A stretch of 64,000 nt of DNA from Leptospiraceae bacterium. Its GTDB lineage: Bacteria > Spirochaetota > Leptospiria > Leptospirales > Leptonemataceae. The DNA lies in NCBI GenBank assembly GCA_040217195.1, contig JAVJNR010000003.1, positions 608,001-672,000 on the forward strand, in the 5' to 3' direction. The position numbers and the translations under genes are program-made. The notes under the pieces are model-generated. The model had not been told where the DNA came from. It worked only from the letters and a program-made list of their open reading frames with translations, and made no database searches. Below, piece after piece: positions 52,701 through 60,289 of this stretch; the first letter of the stretch is position 1; every line of letters starts with the position of its first letter.

Positions 52701-53754
52701 CGCTTTTCTTGATCGTAAGCGTGGGAATCAACCGCCATCCATGAGCTTTGGCCTGGCAAGAAGTCATCCGGTAGTAACTCCGGCAGGTCTCATATTTCCT
52801 TTTACTGGCATGGTGGATCCTGGCCAGGAGTGCTATCATTATGGGACCTTCTGGGGCGGCTATGATCAAAACCCGACTCATAAATGGCAGTTGGCTGAGG
52901 TGAAATACAGGGACCCGGACCACCAGTCCTGCGGTGTAGGGCAGCAACCTGCATCTATCTCCATAGTGAACTCCTCAACACCCACACCTTCTTCTCTAGA
53001 AATTCCTTTTAATCTGCACACTGGTTTAAATTTCTCAGAACTGAATGCTGCGCAGCAGCTGACGTTGATGGAAACACTGGTAGGCGATCAGAAGACAAAG
53101 GTATGTCCCGGAGTATTGGAGCAAGCTGACAACTCCGGAATCGGCATTCCCATTACCGCGAAAGATGTCGGAGATTACTCGATTACAGTTCAAGCGACTG
53201 ACTCCCGTGGCTCTTGCGAGGGCTCGGATCAAACGGCGCGAGCCACCCTGACCCTGAAAGCCCGAGAGCGCATTGCGAATACAGAGAGCTTCCATATTCG
53301 CAGCAATGAATATCCTGAACCACGCTCTGACATGGAGCATTTTTCTCTGGAATACAATCCACGGACCCGACGAGCACAGGATTACACCCATTTTCAATGC
53401 CGGGTGCACTCGGTGGCCTGCATTCGCATCGGACATCTATTTCTGTGCGGAGACAATACGCATTTGAGTGCCCCACATGTAGCCAAGAGCTCAGAGGCAA
53501 AATGCGGTCCTCCACTTTTCTTTCTGAAGCGCTGGACCTCAAGAACGGGCGTGTCCGCTCCTTTACAGCAATACAAACCGCTCTACAAGTATCACGATAA
53601 GGCAAATCATTACTGGAATGAATCATGGGACACTCCGGCTTTCGATCCATTTCCTACTGAGGATAAGCGAGGGTTTCTGTTTATTCAGACGGAGCAATTC
53701 GTTCTGCTGGAGCGTCTCTACTATGGTAAATGGATGGGCTTTCAGGAACCTTGA
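49708..53754 (+). CDS. Large multidomain surface lipoprotein (1348 aa)
   Basis: Signal peptide ending SWSC; NHFTPF motif; FN3-like DTGL...YYYSFFA; Ca-binding DxDGDG repeats; Ig-like LWVRDEAGNVS; propeller-like region; Cys-rich C-terminus. Confidence 0.7.
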   Translation: MRSKFARILLFTGLFACLSWSCIAVLTSENSKSEEDRKWALLGLVSSPEQNALISTPPTVAMEGYDPALFQVEQRSEPEEIAVPIYGEHYVSIGHIFDIDIDTSQMPGAPEEYETVVLPPGQMAELTYEYDEAMLEEKGLIEEFQVFSYDAASGQWIPAMELEVDRENNRVIARTNHFTPFVITALPQPADGGVYEPPQCIVDALQDPAGGLTGPKWSRLDVGFKYYIDRGYTIRHNDEFYDLKLNESLGISTCNGGTHASSSSYCGTEAQHKHSAAIDYLDFSIPFDAKVYVMYDSRGTERAGWLDDLGFTIIEDTYVETTDDVRYYEVYEKDYSAGSQVTLPGNHYDLGSPNQINTNYFVAVLPQGDWATQAGIDCSGQPLRPAKPEGISLIPGSDRISIVLDQQIEREVTGLIVRRRLQEPAMSPERGEALGLDIQDPGYMIDTGLTEGMVYYYSFFAVTDDGLYSAPLILSAQTGPDDDGDGLANYYENNPSIVYYGGNGTEPSQDDTDSDGIDDLTEVLEGTDPTHSDHTAPVIIGFNDNRTINTIPMARFHIEVEDESEITGYYISEGTTPLPNNSNEWITEKPNTWPIESLGEVTLNLWVRDEAGNVSEMASLELEFPYFSYTEKLIIFSAEYPAASLIPLDWANFNTRIPSGIGPSPDYTEYAFGQGGLLAINGTSIRFLSEDGQNEIFTANSPLPDNAVVDSLDYDADDDFWILSYHLESEPTSVDCDTIWNSQCFVSLRINPSEGSYQVVDTIIAGAPASPSSFRREGQESNYDSNQNRLSIQITRVSYYNGGFVSVPLLIMVDFSNDQFNLQHLVLDQRFFWPHPLPTDPAFVPNFAFAPDDPLVVMTGTPATRGENGLHVMRRNTGTFDYFESQIGNVWQPLGTYLPEYTYESVGFLSEDRLLAVRVGAVDLLAFDTTTGAISFIKQMDADASITEGSTLEISESGDVAIILTAEHSRLLMINKEREEIWRRKLIGHNPAAGTRGIAFLDRKRGNQPPSMSFGLARSHPVVTPAGLIFPFTGMVDPGQECYHYGTFWGGYDQNPTHKWQLAEVKYRDPDHQSCGVGQQPASISIVNSSTPTPSSLEIPFNLHTGLNFSELNAAQQLTLMETLVGDQKTKVCPGVLEQADNSGIGIPITAKDVGDYSITVQATDSRGSCEGSDQTARATLTLKARERIANTESFHIRSNEYPEPRSDMEHFSLEYNPRTRRAQDYTHFQCRVHSVACIRIGHLFLCGDNTHLSAPHVAKSSEAKCGPPLFFLKRWTSRTGVSAPLQQYKPLYKYHDKANHYWNESWDTPAFDPFPTEDKRGFLFIQTEQFVLLERLYYGKWMGFQEP

Positions 53755-53777
53755 TGCCTGGAGAAGCCAAAGGCAGC

Positions 53778-53807
53778 CACTGCGAAGCGATACGGAGCTT
53801 CGCAGTG
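53778..53807. other. Perfect 11-bp stem-loop after the large surface-protein gene
   Basis: CACTGCGAAGC-N8-GCTTCGCAGTG with no U-tract. Confidence 0.6.
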
Positions 53808-53845
53808 CAGAACCCTGGACAGGTCAATTCAATAAATTAGAAGCC

Positions 53846-53873
53846 TTGACAATTTCGCTCTCTAAAAAACACT
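53846..53873 (+). promoter_or_regulatory. Putative sigma-70 promoter of the corrinoid operon
   Basis: Perfect TTGACA, 16-nt spacer, weak -10 AACACT, just upstream of the riboswitch. Confidence 0.45.
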
Positions 53874-53887
53874 GACATTGTCTTTCT

Positions 53888-54029
53888 TCTGGGAGGAAAG
53901 GGGTGCAAATCCCCTGCTGACGCGCAACTGTGATGGTCCAACGTATACCGGACCTTAGCCAGATCTTCCCTGCAGCCAAGCCGGCGCGAAATACGGCTAC
54001 TGCATCTCAAAACGCTATCGCGTCTGAGG
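53888..54029 (+). ncRNA. Cobalamin (B12) riboswitch, compact form
   Basis: GGGAGGAA-AGGGGTGCAAATCCCCT-GCTGACGCGCAACTGT...AGCCAGA core; closing stem GGGAGGA/TCTTCCC; lies upstream of cob genes. Confidence 0.88.
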
Positions 54030-54081
54030 GGCCCCGGAGGAAAGTACCGGGGCATTCACTGATCAGGCGCCGATCCTTGAA

Positions 54082-54108
54082 TCTCCCGGAATAAACTTTT
54101 ACGGGAGA
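54082..54108 (+). promoter_or_regulatory. RBS-sequestering hairpin (probable riboswitch expression platform)
   Basis: TCTCCCG pairs with CGGGAGA, which contains the SD 5 nt before the ATG at 54114. Confidence 0.65.
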
Positions 54109-54113
54109 AAACG

Positions 54114-54683
54114 ATGAAACGTTTTTCAACACCGGTGGCCCTGATATTGGCTGCCTTTTTAACAACAAATTGTGGGGCCCTGGGCCTGGATGAGGATAAT
54201 TCGGCCGCCGAACAGGAGCAACGCATTCTGGGCCTTACAACAGGGCTTGTTTTTTCCGAAGCGCAAGATCTGGCGCTGAACGGATCATGGAATTCATTTT
54301 CCGGCAATGCTACCACATCCGATACCATTACCACGATTATGGGCCGTAAAAACTCTGGACTCTGGTTAGACGACTCTAGCGGTTTTGGTGGTTATACGTC
54401 GCGCTACTTGATAGCCGCGTACGATAATAGTGCAGGCTATGTGATTACCCAGAATCCACCGAACAATGGAGCCTACTCCGGCGACGCAACGAAAGGAAAG
54501 TATTTCAAAATTGTTTTTTTTGCCGAAGGCAGTATCTACTGGCATTGCACTCTGAATGGGAGCGATGCCAAAGATACTCTTGCCGAGGCCCAGGCCATTT
54601 CCGATACCGCCGACCGATCGGACCCTGCTTCGAGCGGCTGTGGTGGATTCTCCTGGTCACGATTGGAACGTGTAGATAGCTGA
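54114..54683 (+). CDS. Exported lipoprotein, first gene under the B12 riboswitch
   Basis: Signal peptide with TTNC; YWHC...GCGGFSWSRL probable disulfide; resembles the leptospiral LIC13354-type family (from memory). Confidence 0.6.
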   Translation: MKRFSTPVALILAAFLTTNCGALGLDEDNSAAEQEQRILGLTTGLVFSEAQDLALNGSWNSFSGNATTSDTITTIMGRKNSGLWLDDSSGFGGYTSRYLIAAYDNSAGYVITQNPPNNGAYSGDATKGKYFKIVFFAEGSIYWHCTLNGSDAKDTLAEAQAISDTADRSDPASSGCGGFSWSRLERVDS

Positions 54684-54696
54684 GCAAAAGTTCACC

Positions 54697-55590
54697 ATGG
54701 GACCCCTTACGGAAAAAATAATTCCAGGCAAGCTACACCTTGCGCTACTGACCCTCCTGGCTTGCTCGGCCTGCTCACCGTCAACCGGCGGGGATGAATC
54801 CCTGCTTCTGGCCGCTGCCCTGCCCTCAGGCGGGTCCGGCGACCAGGCCTGCCTGGAGCAGTGGCCATTTTCTGTCGGCGCGTATCTTGCGGATGCATCG
54901 GTGAACGCCGCGGTGGGACCAGAGACGTTCGATGATCCTACACGAGCTACTAACAAGATATGCGGCGGTGGCTGGACCGCCGGCTCCACAGATGTGTATT
55001 CCACCGGTACTTCCAGTGAATGCGAATCCGGCGAAAAATGCATTGTTCTGGAATGGACAGACAAGAAAGTATTAAATGCAACCGGCATAGACTTTGTAGT
55101 GTACGAAAATCCATTTCTACACGGAACGAATCCCAACAGTCGATTCCTGGAACCAGTCATTGTTGAGGTTTCCATAGACGGCAGCAACTGGTGCGGATGG
55201 AATCCTAACTATAGCGGAAGCAGTGGCGCTACAGACTTGCGTAACCCAGGGAACTATTCAGACCTGGCCGCCATTACTCCGGTTACTTTCAAGCAAAGTG
55301 ATTCCAATACTCTAACTGCAGATGATCTGTTCACAGAGACCACCGATAGCTATGGAACCCATCTAAAGGGGGGCGGCGATGGATTTGACCTGGATGCCTC
55401 CAGCTTCGGAAACACAGGCAGTGGCTGCAATTCCACGATCAGGGATAATATCCGAAGTTCAGGATTTGTCTATTTGAGACTAACTACGGCCTATACACGG
55501 GATAGCAGCTCATTTCCTCTGGCTAATGACTCCTTCGATCAAGAGGCTGACATAGATGGGGCGGTTGCACGGAGCGTAGCGGATCGATAG
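54697..55590 (+). CDS. Surface lipoprotein with a BtuH-like domain (LIC13355-type)
   Basis: Lipobox LACSAC; DFVVYENPF, EPVIVEVSIDG..W, GGDGFDL, DIDG motifs. Confidence 0.6.
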   Translation: MGPLTEKIIPGKLHLALLTLLACSACSPSTGGDESLLLAAALPSGGSGDQACLEQWPFSVGAYLADASVNAAVGPETFDDPTRATNKICGGGWTAGSTDVYSTGTSSECESGEKCIVLEWTDKKVLNATGIDFVVYENPFLHGTNPNSRFLEPVIVEVSIDGSNWCGWNPNYSGSSGATDLRNPGNYSDLAAITPVTFKQSDSNTLTADDLFTETTDSYGTHLKGGGDGFDLDASSFGNTGSGCNSTIRDNIRSSGFVYLRLTTAYTRDSSSFPLANDSFDQEADIDGAVARSVADR

Positions 55591-55661
55591 GCCCGGCTAT
55601 AGATGATAAGGAATCGGTTGAAAGTAAAATGCTAAAAGAAACCATGGAACCCAGAGTGATT

Positions 55662-56120
55662 ATGATGAAACAATTTGCGCTAATTACAATTCTAACGGTT
55701 GCCAGCATGGTGGCCTGTTCTGACAAACCGGCCCAGCCCGAGGCGGGTGCCGGCTCAGAAGTTCAACTTAGAGTGGAACTTCCGGCAGCAGAGGCTGCAC
55801 CCATCGATGCAAAATTAGAATTCCAGGGCACCGTCCTGGACCTGATGCAAAAAGCCAGCGATGATAAAGTGCTAACCTTTAAAAAAGAAGGAGAAGGTGA
55901 GCAGGCTCTGATCACTACGATTCAGGGAATAGGCCCGTCCGGCGAAGGTGATGACTCAAAGTACTGGATTTATGCAGTAAATGGAAAGATGGCCAACGTT
56001 GGAGTTGGAACGATGAAAGTAAGTGGCGGAGATGAAGTGCGCTGGTGTTATCTTACATACGAGAATCGAAAGAGCTGCGCTGATAATGCAGCAACTGAGG
56101 AAACGGGCGCCCCTGAATAA
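55662..56120 (+). CDS. DUF4430 / transcobalamin beta-domain-like lipoprotein
   Basis: Lipobox VACS; TVLDLM...ITTIQGI...YWIYAVNGKMANVGVGTMKVSGGDEVRW. Confidence 0.8.
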   Translation: MMKQFALITILTVASMVACSDKPAQPEAGAGSEVQLRVELPAAEAAPIDAKLEFQGTVLDLMQKASDDKVLTFKKEGEGEQALITTIQGIGPSGEGDDSKYWIYAVNGKMANVGVGTMKVSGGDEVRWCYLTYENRKSCADNAATEETGAPE

Positions 56121-56189
56121 GGACGGGCCGTTTCAAAAATGTCCCAGAGGACGCGGGCTTAAAGCCCAGAAATAATTGAGGAGAAAAAC

Positions 56190-56747
56190 ATGAAATCTAC
56201 AAACAAAAAAGAAATCGTATTAAATGCGCTGCTCATCGCAGGCATGATCGGATTTGCAGTTGCGGCAAGAGTTGCCCCTCATCCTGCAAACTTCGCTCCC
56301 ATCGCCGCACTTGGTATGATGGGTGGTTACATTTTCGCAAACAGAAAATGGGGCCTTTCTATTGTCATGGTAGCCATGCTTCTGAGTGATCTGGTCATCG
56401 GGATTGAAAGCATGGAACTTAGACTGGCCGTATACGGCGGACTTATGATATCTGTATTCGCAGGTGGACTGCTACGAAATAAAGATAACAAGAAATTCTT
56501 CGCCGGTCTCCCGGTAGCCAGCCTAGGATCGTCCATTGCATTCTTTGTGATTTCAAACCTTGCTGTATTCGCATTCAGCGGAATGTATACTCACAGCTTT
56601 TCCGGTCTGGCTCTTTGCTACATTAATGCCATTCCATTCTTCTGGAATACCCTTGCAGGTGACCTGATCTATTCCGGCCTGCTTCTAGGACTGGTTCGCA
56701 TGGTTCAGATCTATGCGGACAAAGAATCTATGATTCCTCAGGCATAA
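56190..56747 (+). CDS. DUF6580-type membrane protein, ECF S-component-like transporter
   Basis: 185 aa with about 6 hydrophobic segments; PHPANFAPIAA, LSDL.IG, FFVISN..V, CYINAIPFF.NT..GDL; strong RBS GAGGAG. Confidence 0.72.
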   Translation: MKSTNKKEIVLNALLIAGMIGFAVAARVAPHPANFAPIAALGMMGGYIFANRKWGLSIVMVAMLLSDLVIGIESMELRLAVYGGLMISVFAGGLLRNKDNKKFFAGLPVASLGSSIAFFVISNLAVFAFSGMYTHSFSGLALCYINAIPFFWNTLAGDLIYSGLLLGLVRMVQIYADKESMIPQA

Positions 56748-56848
56748 AACCATCAGAGTTAAGGGTTTAGATAGACGCAGACTCCTCCGGGCAAGGGCCC
56801 GGAGAGCTGCATTCGTCTTTTTGGCCAGCTGTAGAAGCAATACTAAGT

Positions 56849-57928
56849 ATGAGTCCGTCCGGTAATTCCCCTGGTACATTAGATGATCCCGGCATATCGT
56901 CCGGAGAAATCCTTTCGGATGAAGAACTGTGTTCTAATATCCAGAAAAAGATAGACGCAAAAACCAAACCACCAGGATCCCTGGGAAAGTTAGAAAGCCT
57001 TGCCCTTCGTATAGCTCTTAGACAGAAAACCGCAGAACCTACCTTCAAGCGACCTACGATTCTGGTTTTCGCCGCGGATCACGGTGCTACAGCCCATGGA
57101 ATCAGTGCCTTTCCCCAGGAAGTAACCAGACAGATGGTTCTCAACTTCTTACGTGGTGGAGCCGCTATCAACGTCTTCGCACGTCAGAGCGGAATGGAGC
57201 TTCGAATTATTGACTCCGGTATTGCAGGTCCACCTATTGAGCACAACGGCCTAATTAGACTGCCCGCCGGCGAAGGAACCGCCGATTATGTGATTCAGGA
57301 TGCAATAACCTCAGAACAGCTGGAATTCTGCAAAAACAGTGCTGCAACTGTCATAGAGGGGCTGGAACGTTCCGGATGCAACCTGGTAGGCTTTGGAGAG
57401 ATGGGCATCGGAAATACTTCCAGCGCCAGCCTCATCCTGCATTTTCTGGGAAACGTTAGTCTGGAAGAATGTGTAGGTGCAGGCACTGGTCTCGACCTGA
57501 ACGAACAGAATCATAAGCTAAACGTTCTACAAAAAGCCAGAGACAGAAAGCCATCAATTACTGAACCCGAAGAAGTTCTTCGTTCCTTCGGTGGTTTTGA
57601 AATAGCGCAAATGTATGCAGCGATGAAGATCGGCCATGAAAAAGGAATGTTACTTCTGATTGATGGATTTATTTCCAGTGCTGCATTCCTGGTTGCTTAC
57701 TGCGAAAATCCGGAAGTTTTATCGTCTGCAGTCTTTTGTCATCGATCGAAGGAAAAAGGACATCAAAAGCTTCTAGAAATATTCCAGGCAGAACCTGTGC
57801 TGGACCTGGAAATGCGACTGGGCGAAGGTACCGGATGCGCCCTGGCATTCCCGATTCTACGCAGTTCCATTGCATTTCTTAATGAAATGGCAAGCTTTGA
57901 AAGTGCCGGAGTAACGGGCTCCGGCTAA
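56849..57928 (+). CDS. cobT: Nicotinate-nucleotide--dimethylbenzimidazole phosphoribosyltransferase
   Basis: KTKPPGSLGKLE, FAADHG, GGAAIN, GEMGIGNT, GGFEI, MRLGEGTG. Confidence 0.96.
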   Translation: MSPSGNSPGTLDDPGISSGEILSDEELCSNIQKKIDAKTKPPGSLGKLESLALRIALRQKTAEPTFKRPTILVFAADHGATAHGISAFPQEVTRQMVLNFLRGGAAINVFARQSGMELRIIDSGIAGPPIEHNGLIRLPAGEGTADYVIQDAITSEQLEFCKNSAATVIEGLERSGCNLVGFGEMGIGNTSSASLILHFLGNVSLEECVGAGTGLDLNEQNHKLNVLQKARDRKPSITEPEEVLRSFGGFEIAQMYAAMKIGHEKGMLLLIDGFISSAAFLVAYCENPEVLSSAVFCHRSKEKGHQKLLEIFQAEPVLDLEMRLGEGTGCALAFPILRSSIAFLNEMASFESAGVTGSG

Positions 57929-58030
57929 ATCCTGGGCTTTCGCAGAATCGCCATACCCGCCAGGCGAATTGAGACAGCTCCTTCCTCGGTGTTGCCTGAA
58001 CTCCTGGGATCTATTCACACCGAACGAACG

Positions 58031-58810
58031 ATGCAAACTCTTCAGAAACACTGGAACCTATTCTGGATGGCCTGGATCTTTTATACGAGAATCCCGGTTC
58101 CATTTACTATAGCCCACAGTGACCAATCTCTGCAGCACTCCAGATGCTACTTCCCCCTGGTTGGACTTCTAATAGGTTTAGTTTCTGCCGGCTCCTTCTT
58201 ACTGGCAGCATTTGTATGGAACACGATGATCGCCATTCTGATCTCTATGTTTCTCTCCATCTGGATCACGGGAGCATTTCATGAAGATGGTCTTGCAGAC
58301 TCCATGGATGCACTGGGAGGTGGATGGACGAAAGATCGTATTCTAGAAATAATGAAAGATAGCCGCATTGGGACTTTCGGCACGGTGGCTTTGATTCTAA
58401 TACTTTCCTTCAAGTTTGCAGCCAGCTGGACTATTGCCCAAAAAAGTGCTCATAGCTTTGCAATCACCCTCATATTTGCACATACTGCCAGTCGATACCT
58501 GACCTCTTCGCTTGTGGATTTTATGCAATACTCAGGTGCAGGCCCTGGCAGCAAATCCAAACCCATGGCCAGCACGCCCCTGCCCGCTCTCTATCGCCTG
58601 CCTGGCTTACTGGCACTCATAATATCCACAATACCGTTTTATGATACTCCTCTCCTTCTGCTGGGCTTCTTTCCCGCTTTATTTGTCTGTATTTACTGGT
58701 CCAGCTTCATAAAAAAATGGATTGAAGGGTACACCGGAGATACCCTGGGCGCTCTGCAGCAACTAACTGAAGTCATCATCTATCTCACAGCTGCCATGTC
58801 CTGGATCTAA
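58031..58810 (+). CDS. cobS: Adenosylcobinamide-GDP ribazoletransferase (cobalamin synthase)
   Basis: FYTRIP, TGAFHEDGLADSMD, IMKDSRIGTFG, GYTGDTLGA. Confidence 0.96.
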   Translation: MQTLQKHWNLFWMAWIFYTRIPVPFTIAHSDQSLQHSRCYFPLVGLLIGLVSAGSFLLAAFVWNTMIAILISMFLSIWITGAFHEDGLADSMDALGGGWTKDRILEIMKDSRIGTFGTVALILILSFKFAASWTIAQKSAHSFAITLIFAHTASRYLTSSLVDFMQYSGAGPGSKSKPMASTPLPALYRLPGLLALIISTIPFYDTPLLLLGFFPALFVCIYWSSFIKKWIEGYTGDTLGALQQLTEVIIYLTAAMSWI

Positions 58811-58863
58811 ACCTGCTATATTTCACTCCTGCATGCTCAAGCTACCTACAGGATTCGTAGACT

Positions 58864-59547
58864 ATGGAACTTCATATTATTCGACATACACAAACATCGG
58901 CGTCACCGGGAACCTGTTATGGTCATACGGACCCGGAACTTCCAGAAAATCATCTTCAGGATTTTTACAGAGTCTTTGCAGAGCTAAATGTCCGATGCCC
59001 GGATCCTGGAAGTATCTATTCCAGTCCTTCCATTCGCTGCCAGTCGCTGGCCCAGTTTTTGCTCGATGAATATCAAAAATCTAGAGCAGCCATTGTAACT
59101 GAAGCATCTACTGGAAACAATGAATCAGACATATATGGAATTACCGGTTCGGACCATTCCATCCGGGCACTGCATTCCCCTGCAAAGTTAGAGCTAAGGT
59201 CCAGCTTGATGGAGTTGAATTTTGGAGAATGGGAAGGACAGAACTATAATAAAATTCCGCAGCAAGAATTGAAGGCCTGGATGGATGATTTCGTGCATCG
59301 GGCACCGCCCGGTGGCGAGAGCTATTTCCAGCTGCATGAACGAACCAGAACTTTTTTTGAGCAATTCAAGCAAGAAACCCTGGAAAGAAGCAAAGTAGAT
59401 CAAAAGCCTTCCATCATTGTTACACATGGAGGCGTTATTCGATGCTTTTTAGAGATACTGCTGGAGACTTCTCTAGAAAAGGCCTTCTATTTGCAAGTGC
59501 CCTATGGCTCTATATTCTCCTTTCGCCTTCCGGACCGGGAGCAATAG
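58864..59547 (+). CDS. cobC: Alpha-ribazole phosphatase (histidine phosphatase family)
   Basis: IRHT, CYGHTD, SSPSIRC, ELNFGEWEG, PGGES, VTHGGVIR; follows cobS. Confidence 0.85.
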   Translation: MELHIIRHTQTSASPGTCYGHTDPELPENHLQDFYRVFAELNVRCPDPGSIYSSPSIRCQSLAQFLLDEYQKSRAAIVTEASTGNNESDIYGITGSDHSIRALHSPAKLELRSSLMELNFGEWEGQNYNKIPQQELKAWMDDFVHRAPPGGESYFQLHERTRTFFEQFKQETLERSKVDQKPSIIVTHGGVIRCFLEILLETSLEKAFYLQVPYGSIFSFRLPDREQ

Positions 59548-59637
59548 ACCGCTATTGTATTTTCCCTGGCGACCTGGAAAACACTTTCCTGTATGATCCT
59601 GGTATGGAAAATGTTTTCATAAAATAGACCCAGTGTT

Positions 59638-60240
59638 ATGACCTCCAGAGTGTATCAGAGAACCAGAGGGTTCAATCCATCGCCTCCAGCCCTACCGCCG
59701 AGAAAACGACGGCCCTACTTGAAATATATTCTCTTAGCTGCCGCATTGTTTCTGCTCTATTTGCTGGGCGACTATATGTGGAGAGAAATGCGCTGGAGAT
59801 TTATAGTTGTCCATCATACAGCCGGTGACTCCGGAAATATGGAATACTATCGCGCTCTTCATAAAAAGAAGCATGGATGGCCAGACATTGCTTACCATTT
59901 CTTGATCAATAATGGCAGTATGAACACTTCCATTGGCCAGATAGAAGTTAGTGGCCTCTGGGAAAAACGAACTCTAAATTACAGCACTCGTATCTCATAT
60001 GTGAATTATCTGGGCATTGCTGTGGCCCTGGTAGGAAATTTCGAAAACCACGATGTGCATCCTCTGCAATATGAAGCATTGATTCAACTACTCACCAATC
60101 TATCCATGCGATACAGCATACCTCCGGAACGAATCATTGGACACGGCGAACTGCAGAACACTCAATGTCCCGGGAAGCATCTGGATATGTCGAAAGTGCG
60201 CAAAGATGTGGCCGAAGCTATCAGACGAAATCAGCAATAG
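59638..60240 (+). CDS. N-acetylmuramoyl-L-alanine amidase (Amidase_2/PGRP-like), membrane anchored
   Basis: IVVHHTA, GWPDIAYHFLI, IIGH, TQCPG zinc-ligand pattern. Confidence 0.88.
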   Translation: MTSRVYQRTRGFNPSPPALPPRKRRPYLKYILLAAALFLLYLLGDYMWREMRWRFIVVHHTAGDSGNMEYYRALHKKKHGWPDIAYHFLINNGSMNTSIGQIEVSGLWEKRTLNYSTRISYVNYLGIAVALVGNFENHDVHPLQYEALIQLLTNLSMRYSIPPERIIGHGELQNTQCPGKHLDMSKVRKDVAEAIRRNQQ

Positions 60241-60289
60241 TAGAGACCCAGACCTTTTACTTTAGCGCAAGTTTCCGCGCAGATTCATT

